From Candidatus Faecisoma merdavium (GTDB lineage Bacteria > Bacillota_I > Bacilli_A > RF39 > UBA660), in assembly GCA_018716405.1 (NCBI GenBank), contig DVJX01000048.1, positions 1 to 39,628 on the forward strand: DNA of 39,628 nt. Reading direction: 5' to 3'. Below are positions 1 through 9,537 of this stretch, piece by piece. A model generated the notes under the pieces. The model was not told the DNA's origin. It saw nothing but the letters and a program-made list of their open reading frames with translations, and ran no database searches. Numbering within the stretch: position 1 is the first letter of the stretch; every line of letters begins with the position of its first letter. The position numbers were made by a program, and so were the translations under genes.

Positions 1-1935
1 TTTCTATTTCCTACAATTATTTTTTCGGATTCTTCTAATAGTGACATAACATTTTCAGCAACTTTTGAAGCTGGATTTACTTATGGAAATGTTTCTGATT
101 GCAATACAGGAACAGGTATATATTATTTTAAAGGTATTAATAAAGTTGGCGATTATGATGTTTGTTTATGGAGCGCTGCAGAAAAACGTGAGACTAGTAT
201 ATTTAGTTGTGAAGATAATTCTATGGAAAAATTTCCGATCACAGTAAATGGTAGTGATGGAAATGAATATTATGGCTATGGATGCAGAAAACCTAATGAT
301 GAGTCAAGTATAGAATATCAGGAACAAACAATATATGTTGGACAAGATATATCTGTTGGTAATATGTTTAGTGATAGTTGTGAAATCATATCTGGACATG
401 AATATGGACATTTAGGCAGTGATAGTCCAGCCAGTAATCCATGTTGGCTTACTGCTGATAAAGAAGGTGTTGTAAAATTAAAAATAAAAAATAAAACTGA
501 TGGTTGGGTAAGATATCTACAAGTCAACATAGAAAGAGCTTATGTCAAAGTGTCTGAATTAGATAATAAATATAAGTATGGATCTGTAAAATCGTGTGAA
601 TTATATAGTGAACACGCAAATTTGGTAAATTTTGATAATTTAAAATTTTGTGGATATCAATATGGGAAAGATGGCGAATTAATAAAAAATTTAACATGTC
701 AAGATACAGGATATGAACCGTTTTTCTTGAATTTTGAAAGTGCTGATGGAATTTTTTATAAAGGCTATGGATGTAGGAAGATTGTAGAAGAAACAGAAAT
801 AAAGTATGAAGATAAGACGATATATGTTGGACAAGATATATCTGTTGGTAATATGTTTAGTGATAATTGCGAAATTATATCTGGTGGTGAATATGGGCAT
901 TTAGGCAGCGATAGCCCAGCTAGTAATCCATGTTGGTTTACAGCTGATAAAGTAGGAAATACAAAAATTAAAGTTACCAATAAAAATACATCACTTACTA
1001 AATATTATAATTTTACAATAAAAAAAGCAATTACAAGCATTTCTGAATTGGATGATAAGTATTATTATGGCTCAGTTAAAGCATGTTCTCTTCTATTTTC
1101 AGGCAAAGATTATGCTAAAATAGTTAACTTTGAACATTTAAAATTTTGCGGCAATACTTATTTTAGTCCATTAAATCCTAGCGTGTTTGAATGTGAAAAT
1201 GACGATTATGAACAATTTGCATTAACTTTTAGTGATGGAACAAAAGTTTATGAAGGTTTTGGCTGTAGAAAAGAAAAAACGGATGAAGATTTTGAATCAA
1301 AGATTTGCAAAGTTGTTTCTTATGTAAAGAAAGTATCAAATGATAAAAATATTTCATTAGAAGGTTTACCGCCTCTGTTAATTAATGGAGTTGAATATAA
1401 CATTAATGATTTGTCTTGTAATAATGATATTTCTTGTAGTGGAGATGAGTGTAATTATTTTTTAGAAAAAGAAATTAAAAATGTTAGAGAACATTGTAAT
1501 ACTGTTTATCAAAATTATTCTTTTAATGAATATGATTCACATGTTGGCCGTATGAATGAATGTATAAGTTTCAACTCGTTTTATGTAGAGTTGGTTAATA
1601 AAGGAATTGTAAATGATTTAGCTAGCTATTGTGGAATATTATCAGAAGGTTTTGCTAGCAAGGTATCTTTCGTTTTAAACATTATAATGATAGCAGGTCC
1701 TATTTTAGCTATTTTATTAGGTTCAGTTGATTTTATTAAAGTAATTACTAATGGTGATGCTAATAAAGAAATGAAAACAGCGTTTAAACATTTTATGATA
1801 AGAGTAGGATTAGCAGCATTACTATTTATAGTGCCTTTGCTTTTATCATTCATATTAAATATATTTATGGCAAATGAAGGCGGATATGACCCTGAAAATC
1901 CATTTTGTAATGTTAATGATTGGAGTGAACAATGA
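1..1935 (+). CDS. Cys-rich repeat surface protein with C-terminal VirB2/TrbC-like pilin hairpin (5' end outside window)
   Basis: Frame is open from base 1 (FLFPTIIFSDSSNSDITFSA...), so the track start at 223 is internal. Three 4-Cys modules ending YxG(Y/F)GCRK, two near-identical modules, and a C-terminal pair of hydrophobic helices (GPILAILLGSVDFIKVI...EMKTAFKHFMIRVGLAALLFIVP). Confidence 0.75.
   Translation, partial: FLFPTIIFSDSSNSDITFSATFEAGFTYGNVSDCNTGTGIYYFKGINKVGDYDVCLWSAAEKRETSIFSCEDNSMEKFPITVNGSDGNEYYGYGCRKPNDESSIEYQEQTIYVGQDISVGNMFSDSCEIISGHEYGHLGSDSPASNPCWLTADKEGVVKLKIKNKTDGWVRYLQVNIERAYVKVSELDNKYKYGSVKSCELYSEHANLVNFDNLKFCGYQYGKDGELIKNLTCQDTGYEPFFLNFESADGIFYKGYGCRKIVEETEIKYEDKTIYVGQDISVGNMFSDNCEIISGGEYGHLGSDSPASNPCWFTADKVGNTKIKVTNKNTSLTKYYNFTIKKAITSISELDDKYYYGSVKACSLLFSGKDYAKIVNFEHLKFCGNTYFSPLNPSVFECENDDYEQFALTFSDGTKVYEGFGCRKEKTDEDFESKICKVVSYVKKVSNDKNISLEGLPPLLINGVEYNINDLSCNNDISCSGDECNYFLEKEIKNVREHCNTVYQNYSFNEYDSHVGRMNECISFNSFYVELVNKGIVNDLASYCGILSEGFASKVSFVLNIIMIAGPILAILLGSVDFIKVITNGDANKEMKTAFKHFMIRVGLAALLFIVPLLLSFILNIFMANEGGYDPENPFCNVNDWSEQ
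331..956 (+). repeat. Intragenic direct repeat, copies 331-467 and 820-956 (period 489 nt = 163 aa)
   Basis: First 46 nt are identical (ATATATGTTGGACAAGATATATCTGTTGGTAATATGTTTAGTGATA). The remainder is highly similar, with many third-position changes. Confidence 0.95.
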
Positions 1936-2462
1936 AATTATACGTAATTAGACATGGTGAAACTATTGAAAATGCAAGTGATTGTTTATGTGGAAGAATT
2001 AATAGTTCTTTAACAGAGAAGGGAATAGAACAAGCAAAACAAGTAGGAAAATATTTTAAAGATAAAAAAATTGATTTAATCATTAGTTCTCCTTTAGATA
2101 GATGTAAATTAACAGCCCAACTAATAAGTAATGACACACCAATAATTTATTCTGATAGTTTATTAGGACGAGATCATGGAGAATTTACTGGTGTGCCAAA
2201 AAATTCAATAAATTTTGATGATTATTGGAATTACAATAAAGATATACAGTATGAAAAAGCTGAAAGTGTTAAAACATTATATAATAGGGTTGCTAAATTA
2301 ATTGAAGAAATAAAGGAAAAATATAATGGTAAAAATATAATATTAGTTACTCATAGTGGAATAATAAGGGTATTATATTATTACTTTAAAGGAATTCCAG
2401 AAGATGGTATATTAAGTGAAGTAACAATAAAAAATTGTGAAATATTTGAATATGATATATAA
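1932..2462 (+). CDS. Histidine phosphatase (phosphoglycerate mutase-like) family protein
   Basis: RHGET N-terminal motif, SSPLDRC, LVTHSG. Confidence 0.9.
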   Translation: MKLYVIRHGETIENASDCLCGRINSSLTEKGIEQAKQVGKYFKDKKIDLIISSPLDRCKLTAQLISNDTPIIYSDSLLGRDHGEFTGVPKNSINFDDYWNYNKDIQYEKAESVKTLYNRVAKLIEEIKEKYNGKNIILVTHSGIIRVLYYYFKGIPEDGILSEVTIKNCEIFEYDI

Positions 2463-2472
2463 GGAGGAAAAT

Positions 2473-3654
2473 ATGAAAATATTATCTGTAAATGCAGGTA
2501 GTTCATCATTAAAATTTCAAATGTATGAAATGCCAGAAGAAAAAGTATTAATATCAGGTGTCTTTGAAAGAATCGGTATAGAAAATAGTATGTATACTAT
2601 TAAAATTAATGGTAATAAAACATCTAAAAATGCTTTATTACCAACTCATAAAGAAGCAGTTAAATTATTAGTAAATGAGTTAATTGAAAATAAAGTAATA
2701 AATTCTTTAGATGAAATAAAAGGAATTGGGCATAGAATAGTACAAGGAGCAGATAAATTTGAAAGTTCAGTTGTAATTGATGATAAAGTTATAGAAACAA
2801 TTTCTGAATTAAGTGCTTTAGCTCCATTACATAATCCAGCTGCAGTAATTGGGATAAAAGCTTTTAAAGAAATAATTCCAGATGCAGTTGCAGTTGCAGT
2901 TTTTGATACATCATTCCATCAAACAATGGAAAAGGAAACATATCTTTATGCACTTCCATACAATTGGTATACTGATTATCAAGTAAGAAAATATGGAGCT
3001 CATGGAACTAGTCATAAGTATGTTGCAGATAGATTATCAAAAATATTGAATAGAGAAGATATTAAAGTAATTGTTTGTCATTTAGGTAATGGTGGAAGTA
3101 TTACTGCAATTAATAATGGTAAATGTGTTGATACATCAATGGGATTTACTCCTAATGCTGGTATTATTATGGGAACAAGATGTGGAGATATAGATGTAAG
3201 TATAGTTCCTTATATGATGCAAAAAACTAATCTTACTTATCAAGAATTAGATAATGTAATAAATAAACAAAGTGGCCTATTAGGTATTAGTGGTGTAAGT
3301 AGTGATTCAAGAGATATTGAATCTGGAATTAAAGAAGGCAATGAAAGATGCATTTTAGCACAAAAAATGTTTGTCAGAAAAGTTGTTGATTATATAGCTA
3401 AATATTATGTTTTATTAAATGGTGTAGATGCAATTGCATTTACTGCGGGAATAGGAGAAAATAGCATTTCAACTAGAAAACATATTATTGATTCCTTAAA
3501 AGTGTTAGGTATTAAATTAGATGAAGAAGCTAATAATATTAGAGGAGAAGAAAAATTAATAACAACAAATGATTCAAGTATTCCATGCTATGTAATACCA
3601 ACAGATGAAGAAGTTATGATGGCACGCGATACATATAAATTTATTGAAGGATAA
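2473..3654 (+). CDS. ackA: Acetate kinase
   Basis: NAGSSSLK, GHRIVQG, APLHNP, YGAHGTSH, CHLGNG, FTAGIGEN, PTDEE. Start moved to ATG 2473 after an AAGGAGG RBS. Confidence 0.97.
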   Translation: MKILSVNAGSSSLKFQMYEMPEEKVLISGVFERIGIENSMYTIKINGNKTSKNALLPTHKEAVKLLVNELIENKVINSLDEIKGIGHRIVQGADKFESSVVIDDKVIETISELSALAPLHNPAAVIGIKAFKEIIPDAVAVAVFDTSFHQTMEKETYLYALPYNWYTDYQVRKYGAHGTSHKYVADRLSKILNREDIKVIVCHLGNGGSITAINNGKCVDTSMGFTPNAGIIMGTRCGDIDVSIVPYMMQKTNLTYQELDNVINKQSGLLGISGVSSDSRDIESGIKEGNERCILAQKMFVRKVVDYIAKYYVLLNGVDAIAFTAGIGENSISTRKHIIDSLKVLGIKLDEEANNIRGEEKLITTNDSSIPCYVIPTDEEVMMARDTYKFIEG

Positions 3655-3668
3655 TCCTTCTTTTTTTT
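3646..3668 (+). terminator. Intrinsic terminator after ackA
   Basis: GAAGGA-TAA-TCCTTC followed by a T run. Confidence 0.7.
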
Positions 3669-3722
3669 CTAGACATAATCTATTAAATATAGTATAATTG
3701 TTGCAGTAGAAAGTGTGATATT

Positions 3723-4664
3723 ATGTTGTTTAAAAAAATATATAAGATGATAAAAAAATATGATACAATAGTTATTGCTAGGCATATAGGATCTGATCCT
3801 GATGCTTTAGGTAGTACAATAGGTTTAAAAGAAGCAATATTATATAATTTTCCAAATAAAAAAGTTTATACAGTAGGTTCTCCTGCTAGTAGATTTAAAT
3901 ATATTGGAAATACTGATAAATTAGATGAAATAAATTTTAACAATAGTTTATTGATAGTTACTGATACACCTGATAAAAAAAGAATAGATGGTATTGATGT
4001 AAGTAAATTTGGTTTTGTAATAAAAATCGATCATCATCCATTTATAGAGAAATATGCAGATATTGAACTTATAGATGATAATGCTAGTAGTGCAAGTCAA
4101 TTAATAATTGAATTAATAAAAATTAATAATATGAAAATAAATGATACAATAGCTTCAAAATTATTTATTGGGGTAGTTGCTGATACTAATAGATTTTTAT
4201 ATAGTTATACATCTTTTAAGACATTTGAGTTAGTATCATGGTTAATAAAGAAAACAGATTTAAATTTCACACAACTATATCCTAATCTTTATAATAGGCC
4301 ATTTAAAGAAATAAAATTTTTGGGTTATATAGCGTCTAATTTGATAATTACTGAAAATGGCTTAGGATATTTAAAGATTACGGATGAAATATTAAAAAAT
4401 TATGAAGTTGATCCTTCTACTGCTGGAAATTTAATTGAAAATTTGAATAATATTCAAGAGGTAAAAGTTATTGCTCTTTGCAGTGAAGATAAAGGAAATA
4501 ATTATATAAAATGTTCTATAAGATCAAAAGGTCCAATTATAAACGAGTTACTTACCGATTATAATGGTGGGGGTCATATGTATGCTTGTGGAGCAAGACC
4601 AAAAAATTTCGATGATGTAGATAGAATGTTAAAAGATTTAGATGAGTTATGTAAAAATTATTAG
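3723..4664 (+). CDS. nrnA: DHH/DHHA1 phosphoesterase (NrnA-like oligoribonuclease/pAp phosphatase)
   Basis: DPDALGS, IDHHP, ADT, SIRS and GGGH motifs. Confidence 0.85.
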   Translation: MLFKKIYKMIKKYDTIVIARHIGSDPDALGSTIGLKEAILYNFPNKKVYTVGSPASRFKYIGNTDKLDEINFNNSLLIVTDTPDKKRIDGIDVSKFGFVIKIDHHPFIEKYADIELIDDNASSASQLIIELIKINNMKINDTIASKLFIGVVADTNRFLYSYTSFKTFELVSWLIKKTDLNFTQLYPNLYNRPFKEIKFLGYIASNLIITENGLGYLKITDEILKNYEVDPSTAGNLIENLNNIQEVKVIALCSEDKGNNYIKCSIRSKGPIINELLTDYNGGGHMYACGARPKNFDDVDRMLKDLDELCKNY

Positions 4665-4681
4665 TGATGGGGGAATTTTAT

Positions 4682-5311
4682 ATGTTGGATAAGGTTATAA
4701 AATTATTAAAAACTAAACCATTTTATATTCCTGAAATTTTAATTAAAAATTATAGAAAATTAAATATATCTGATTCAGAACTTATTTTATTAATTTATTT
4801 AATTAATACAACAGATGTTTTTAATCCAAAACAAATTGCTAAAGACCTAAATTTCAAATTAAATGAGGTAATGGAAATATTTAATAGTTTGATTGAAAAG
4901 AATATTATAAAGATTGATATTATAAATAAAAGTGTAAGAGAAGAAATAATTAATTTAGATGAATTATACAATAAATTAGCTTTTGTAATTGTAAATGATA
5001 AAACAAAAGAAAGCAGTAATTTGTTTGATGTTTTTGAAAAAGAATTTGGGCGAACTTTATCACCAATGGATTATGAAATAATAACCGATTGGCAAAAAGA
5101 TTTTGATGATAAATTAATTTTGCTCGCTTTGAAAGAAGCAGTTTTTAATAATGTTACCAATTTAAGATATATAGATAAAATAATTAGAGATTGGAGTAAA
5201 AAAGGTATTAAATCAAAGGAAGACATAATAAAAGACAAAAAAAATTATGAAAGTAAAAAATCAAATAAAAAATTATTTGATTATGATTGGTTAAATGAAC
5301 GAGATAGTTAA
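4682..5311 (+). CDS. dnaD: Primosomal protein DnaD
   Basis: FEKEFGRTLSP and LRYIDKIIRDW DnaD-domain motifs; lies upstream of nth as in Bacilli. Start chosen after a G-rich RBS. Confidence 0.9.
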   Translation: MLDKVIKLLKTKPFYIPEILIKNYRKLNISDSELILLIYLINTTDVFNPKQIAKDLNFKLNEVMEIFNSLIEKNIIKIDIINKSVREEIINLDELYNKLAFVIVNDKTKESSNLFDVFEKEFGRTLSPMDYEIITDWQKDFDDKLILLALKEAVFNNVTNLRYIDKIIRDWSKKGIKSKEDIIKDKKNYESKKSNKKLFDYDWLNERDS

Positions 5312-5903
5312 ATATTTAGATGAATTAATACCTAATCCAAAATGTGAATTAAATTATAATAAAGATTACGAATTATTAATTGCAACAATGTTGAGTGCTC
5401 AAACAACAGATAAAAGAGTTAATATGGTAACAAGTATATTATTTAAAAAATATAATAGTTTAGAGTCTTTAAGAAAAGCTGATATTAATGATATTATAAA
5501 TATTATTAAACCAATTGGAACTTACAATAAAAAAGCTAAAAATATTATTGAAATTGCTAATAAATTAAAAGAAAAAAATGATATTGTACCAAATGATAGA
5601 CTATTTTTAGAAAGCTTACCTGGTGTTGGAAGAAAAACAACTAATGTTGTTTTAAGTAATATATATAATGTAGAGTGCATTGCTGTGGATACACATGTTT
5701 ATAGAGTAAGTATACGATTAGGAATTGCTAAAAAAAGTGATGACGTTTATAAGGTAGAAAAGAAATTAAACAAATTTTTTAAAGGTTATAATCTGTGTAG
5801 ATTACATCATCAATTGGTTTTATTTGGAAGATACTATTGTAAAGCAAAAAATCCAAATTGTGAAAATTGTAAATTAAAAAATATATGTAAAAAAGAAGGA
5901 TAA
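5295..5903 (+). CDS. nth: Endonuclease III
   Basis: LSAQTTD, HhH LPGVGRKT, AVDTHV, 4Fe-4S motif C-x6-C-x2-C-x5-C. Confidence 0.96.
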   Translation: MNEIVKYLDELIPNPKCELNYNKDYELLIATMLSAQTTDKRVNMVTSILFKKYNSLESLRKADINDIINIIKPIGTYNKKAKNIIEIANKLKEKNDIVPNDRLFLESLPGVGRKTTNVVLSNIYNVECIAVDTHVYRVSIRLGIAKKSDDVYKVEKKLNKFFKGYNLCRLHHQLVLFGRYYCKAKNPNCENCKLKNICKKEG

Positions 5904-5910
5904 CCCTTCT
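5894..5910. terminator. Probable bidirectional terminator between nth and ponA
   Basis: AGAAGG-N5-CCTTCT flanked by A and T runs at convergent stop codons. Confidence 0.55.
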
Positions 5911-8728
5911 ATTTTATTTGTACTAATTTGATTTGTGTATCTGTAAAACTTCCGTATTTAATATGATATGTAATAGTATATGTCTCTTTCTTATTTGTTT
6001 GTATATAAGATGTGCTATTAAATACTTGGTTATCTGAATTTCTCATTACAGTACATGTAATAGTTGCTAAATTTGTAATATCATTTATTCCATTAGATAG
6101 TACTATAATTGGTTTTTCTGGTTCGATATATTCATCGCCAATACTTAATGTAATTGTTGAATTCCCATTTATTTGAGTACTTATTACTGAGCCATTATTG
6201 TTTTCTACTGTAAATTCTAAACCACTACTAGCATTGTCTTTAAAAATACTATAACTTGTTTTTACTACAAATGTAGTTGTCTCTGTTACAGGGTAAACAA
6301 AACTTGTATTACTTGTTGTAGAAATTAATTTTAAATTTCCGGTACTATCTTTTATATATATATCATAAACAACAGAACCAATATTTTTATTATTATAATC
6401 TAGATGTTCATTTATCTGTTTTTGTCTTGTTTCTTCATCAGTATATAATTTAGAATACATTTCATTTAGATAATTAGTATCTAAGAAATCAGGTGTTTTA
6501 ATAGCATCCCACGATAATGTATTGTTGCTATAGTTTAGATTTGTTACATTTTCTAATTGACTAAATCTAGTAGATGTTTTTGTTGGTTCAAATCCTTTTT
6601 TAAAGTATGCAGTGTATCTTTGTGATTTTGGAGTGTATTCACTAGGTAACATTGCATTTGGAAGACCATATTCAACTTCTAATTTTACAACTCCACTAGG
6701 TTGTTCCCAACTGGAATTTTCTGTATAAACAGATTTAGCAATTGCTTGGAAAATTCTTTTTACAGAGTAATCACTGAAAGTTAAACAATGCTCTTTTTCT
6801 AAATATTCATAACCATACCAAACAGCAATAGCATAAGAATCATTGAAACTAGCAACCCATCTATCACTTATTGCATTACTTGGTAAATCATGCGCTTTAA
6901 TATCTTCATAACTTAAATTAGTAGTACCAGTTTTAGCTGCATAATTAACACCATTAACACTTAAACCAACTGCATAACCTGCGGTATCTTCTAGAATTTT
7001 TGTTATCATATAAGCAGTTTCTTCACTCATTGCTTTTCTAGTGATAGGTTTTACTTGATATGTTTCTTTAGTTTCACTATACTCAATTTTTGTAAAACTA
7101 TGTGGTTCATAGTAGTATCCACCATTTGAAAATGCTGCATACGCTGCGGCTAAAGTAAGAGGGGATTCACCATTATATCCACCTAATGAGTGAGCTTCGT
7201 GTAAAAAATCTTCTGGTGAAAGTCCTAAATTTGTTACAAATTCTTTAATATTATTTGAATTGTTTTGTTGAAATGCTTTTAAAGCTGGAATATTTCTTGA
7301 GTGTTTTAATGCTTCGTGTAATGTTTGGAAATAATAGTATTTATAATCCCAGTTTCTAAGTTCAATTCCTCCAGTATAAGAATATGGTTCGTCAGTAAAT
7401 GGAGTATAAGTTGACCAGTTATTATACTGTATTCCAGGTCCATAATCATATAAAGGTTTAGCAGAAGAGCCAATTTGTCTATTCAAATCTGTAGCTAAAT
7501 TTTTTCCTCTAACAACTCTGTTTCTTCCACCACCTACAGCTTTGATTTCACCTGTATTAACATCTAATACAATTGATGATCCTTGAACATACTCATCTTT
7601 CCATTCATAAAGTGTTCCATTCATTACTCCTGCCATAGTTTCTTGCATAGATTTATCCATTGTAGTATAAATTTTCATAGGAACTTCATATGGATTGTTT
7701 CCAGTTCTATCTATAACTTCTTCCACTACAGTATCAATGAAATCTTGATATGTATTGGTAGAAGTTTCTTCTTCTTTTTTTACTAATAATTTATCAACAG
7801 TTAATTCTTTAGCAATATTATATTCTTCTTCATTAATATAACCATGTCTTAACATTAGGCTTAAAACGGTTTGTCTTCTTTCTTCACAAGCATCCGGATA
7901 AAGATAAGGGTTATAAGCATTAGGAGCTTGGAAAAGTCCTGCTATCATAGCGGCTTCAGCAACATTTAATTCACTAGCGCTTTTCCCAAAATAATCTTGA
8001 CTTGCTTGTTCAACTCCACGGTTAGAACCACCTAAGTTATTAGAGTTAACATAAAATTCAATAATTTGTTCTTTAGTATAATGAGTTTCAATTTCAAAAA
8101 CTGATACATAAATATCGGTAAATTTACGAATAATACCTTCTATTCCTTTATCTTCAGTGGAAGTAAAAGCGTTTTTAGATACTTGCATAGTAAGGGTTGA
8201 AGCACCACCACCACCTTGACCTAATATTTGACTAATAGAAGCTTTTAAAAATCTTGGCAAATCAACGCCACTATGTTGAAAAAATCTTGAATCTTCAGTA
8301 GCAATAATAGCATCAATTAAAGATTGTGATAATTCATCATATGTAACTTTTTGGCGCATTTCATCACCGATTTTGGCAAATTCTTCGCCATTGGCTAAAT
8401 ATAAGATAGTAGCATCTTTATTATATAATTTTTCTTCTGTAAACGAAGGAGCTGTGGCAACTATATAAGCACCAAAAGATATTCCTAAAATCAAACAAAA
8501 TATAGCAAAAGAAAAACAGAAAATCATAAATGATTTAAATATTTCTATTTTATTTAATTTCTTCTTCTTTTTTTTAGTTGTAAGAAAATATATCATTCCA
8601 ATAAATAGCATTAACAATATAGTTGGAATAAAACTTATTAAAAATGTTCCTACAATTAAAATAATTAAGCTAATAAATGCTGCAATAATTATTTTTTTAT
8701 TTTTCTTCCAAATTTTTTTCATTTTCAT
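5909..8728 (-). CDS. ponA: Class A penicillin-binding protein 1A with C-terminal Ig/FN3-like extensions
   Basis: Transglycosylase EDSRFFQHSG, GASTLTMQ and RK motifs; transpeptidase SxxK (SSAK), SxN (SRN), KTG; downstream of recU. Confidence 0.93.
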   Translation of the reverse strand: MKMKKIWKKNKKIIIAAFISLIILIVGTFLISFIPTILLMLFIGMIYFLTTKKKKKKLNKIEIFKSFMIFCFSFAIFCLILGISFGAYIVATAPSFTEEKLYNKDATILYLANGEEFAKIGDEMRQKVTYDELSQSLIDAIIATEDSRFFQHSGVDLPRFLKASISQILGQGGGGASTLTMQVSKNAFTSTEDKGIEGIIRKFTDIYVSVFEIETHYTKEQIIEFYVNSNNLGGSNRGVEQASQDYFGKSASELNVAEAAMIAGLFQAPNAYNPYLYPDACEERRQTVLSLMLRHGYINEEEYNIAKELTVDKLLVKKEEETSTNTYQDFIDTVVEEVIDRTGNNPYEVPMKIYTTMDKSMQETMAGVMNGTLYEWKDEYVQGSSIVLDVNTGEIKAVGGGRNRVVRGKNLATDLNRQIGSSAKPLYDYGPGIQYNNWSTYTPFTDEPYSYTGGIELRNWDYKYYYFQTLHEALKHSRNIPALKAFQQNNSNNIKEFVTNLGLSPEDFLHEAHSLGGYNGESPLTLAAAYAAFSNGGYYYEPHSFTKIEYSETKETYQVKPITRKAMSEETAYMITKILEDTAGYAVGLSVNGVNYAAKTGTTNLSYEDIKAHDLPSNAISDRWVASFNDSYAIAVWYGYEYLEKEHCLTFSDYSVKRIFQAIAKSVYTENSSWEQPSGVVKLEVEYGLPNAMLPSEYTPKSQRYTAYFKKGFEPTKTSTRFSQLENVTNLNYSNNTLSWDAIKTPDFLDTNYLNEMYSKLYTDEETRQKQINEHLDYNNKNIGSVVYDIYIKDSTGNLKLISTTSNTSFVYPVTETTTFVVKTSYSIFKDNASSGLEFTVENNNGSVISTQINGNSTITLSIGDEYIEPEKPIIVLSNGINDITNLATITCTVMRNSDNQVFNSTSYIQTNKKETYTITYHIKYGSFTDTQIKLVQIK

Positions 8729-9278
8729 CTCTCCTTATTTTATCTATAACACTTAAATAATCTAAGCATGGATTATATCCTTGTTTTATTAAATATCCAT
8801 TTTCTACAAAATATTCTTTTGGAATAGATTTACGTTTACTATTATCTAAAAAATTTAACAATTTGTCAATTTCTAACAAATATGTCTCATTATTATGAGT
8901 GAATCTAACAATTATAAATCCAATTCCACCACAATTTTTAATCTTTTTTAAATGTTCAATTTGATGATTATGAATATTGGCTAAAGGGAAATAATCTTTT
9001 TTTGTTTCTTTCGCTTCGAAATCAACATAGTTACCTTTATAGATCCCGTTATAATCTGTTGTTGATGGAATTATAAAGTGTGCTTCTGTTATAACGGCGT
9101 CTTTTCTATTTTTATAATCAACTTTATTTATTGTAATTGGGGTAGGTTTTTTATATATTACTGCAATTTCATTTTTTCTGTAATATACATTTGAATCATT
9201 AATATCATTTTCTAAATTCATACCTCTATTACTATTACTTATTTTAAAATTTCTTTTTATCCCATTTGGGTAATTCAT
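8697..9278 (-). CDS. recU: Holliday junction resolvase RecU
   Basis: NYPNG, NRGMNLE, KKPTP, STTDYNG, DFEAKET, HQIEHL. Confidence 0.96.
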   Translation of the reverse strand: MNYPNGIKRNFKISNSNRGMNLENDINDSNVYYRKNEIAVIYKKPTPITINKVDYKNRKDAVITEAHFIIPSTTDYNGIYKGNYVDFEAKETKKDYFPLANIHNHQIEHLKKIKNCGGIGFIIVRFTHNNETYLLEIDKLLNFLDNSKRKSIPKEYFVENGYLIKQGYNPCLDYLSVIDKIRRDENEKNLEEK

Positions 9279-9337
9279 ATCATCACCATTATTATTATAC
9301 TATATAACAAAAATAATTTAAACTAATTTTGACATGT

Positions 9338-9346
9338 TTTGTCGAA
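9338..9346 (+). promoter_or_regulatory. Spo0A box (TTTGTCGAA)
   Basis: Exact TGTCGAA core in intergenic DNA, with an inverted one-mismatch copy (TTTGACA) at 9328-9334. Confidence 0.5.
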
Positions 9347-9395
9347 TTTAATGCAATATTTACATATATATGATTTAATAAAAATAGGTGATAAC

Positions 9396-9485
9396 ATGGA
9401 TCATATAGAAGAAATTTTTAATAACATGATTGAAGATATAAAATACATTAAGTTAGCAACTTACTTTAAAAATATGGGAAGATAA
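9396..9485 (+). CDS. Small protein, 29 aa (MDHIEEIFNNMIEDIKYIKLATYFKNMGR), absent from ORF track
   Basis: AGGTGA RBS before the ATG, and a terminator-like hairpin at the stop. Confidence 0.55.
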   Translation: MDHIEEIFNNMIEDIKYIKLATYFKNMGR

Positions 9486-9510
9486 TTTTATTGACAAATT
9501 ATCTTTTTTT
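9479..9510 (+). terminator. Hairpin terminator after the small ORF, overlapping the gpsB -35
   Basis: AAGATAATTT-N7-AAATTATCTT then T run. Confidence 0.5.
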
Positions 9511-9520
9511 GTTATATAAT
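9491..9520 (+). promoter_or_regulatory. SigA promoter of gpsB-rnpB
   Basis: TTGACA-N18-TATAAT. Confidence 0.75.
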
Positions 9521-9537
9521 TTATATGGGTGATATTA

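Noticed and set aside
65-247. 60-aa plus-strand ORF
   Set aside because: Out-of-frame shadow; the frame-1 gene is open from base 1 through this interval.
331-956. Repeat pair as a CRISPR array or diversity-generating retroelement TR/VR
   Set aside because: Only two in-frame coding copies 489 nt apart. Differences are not confined to adenines, and no cas or reverse transcriptase gene is in the window.
318-980. Two similar minus-strand ORFs (318-530, 765-980) resembling a duplicated small gene
   Set aside because: They are antisense mirrors of the intragenic repeat in the plus-strand gene.
8560-8580. Poly-Lys/homopolymer tract in ponA as a phase-variation site
   Set aside because: Runs of 7-9 A/T are common throughout this AT-rich window and the frame is intact.
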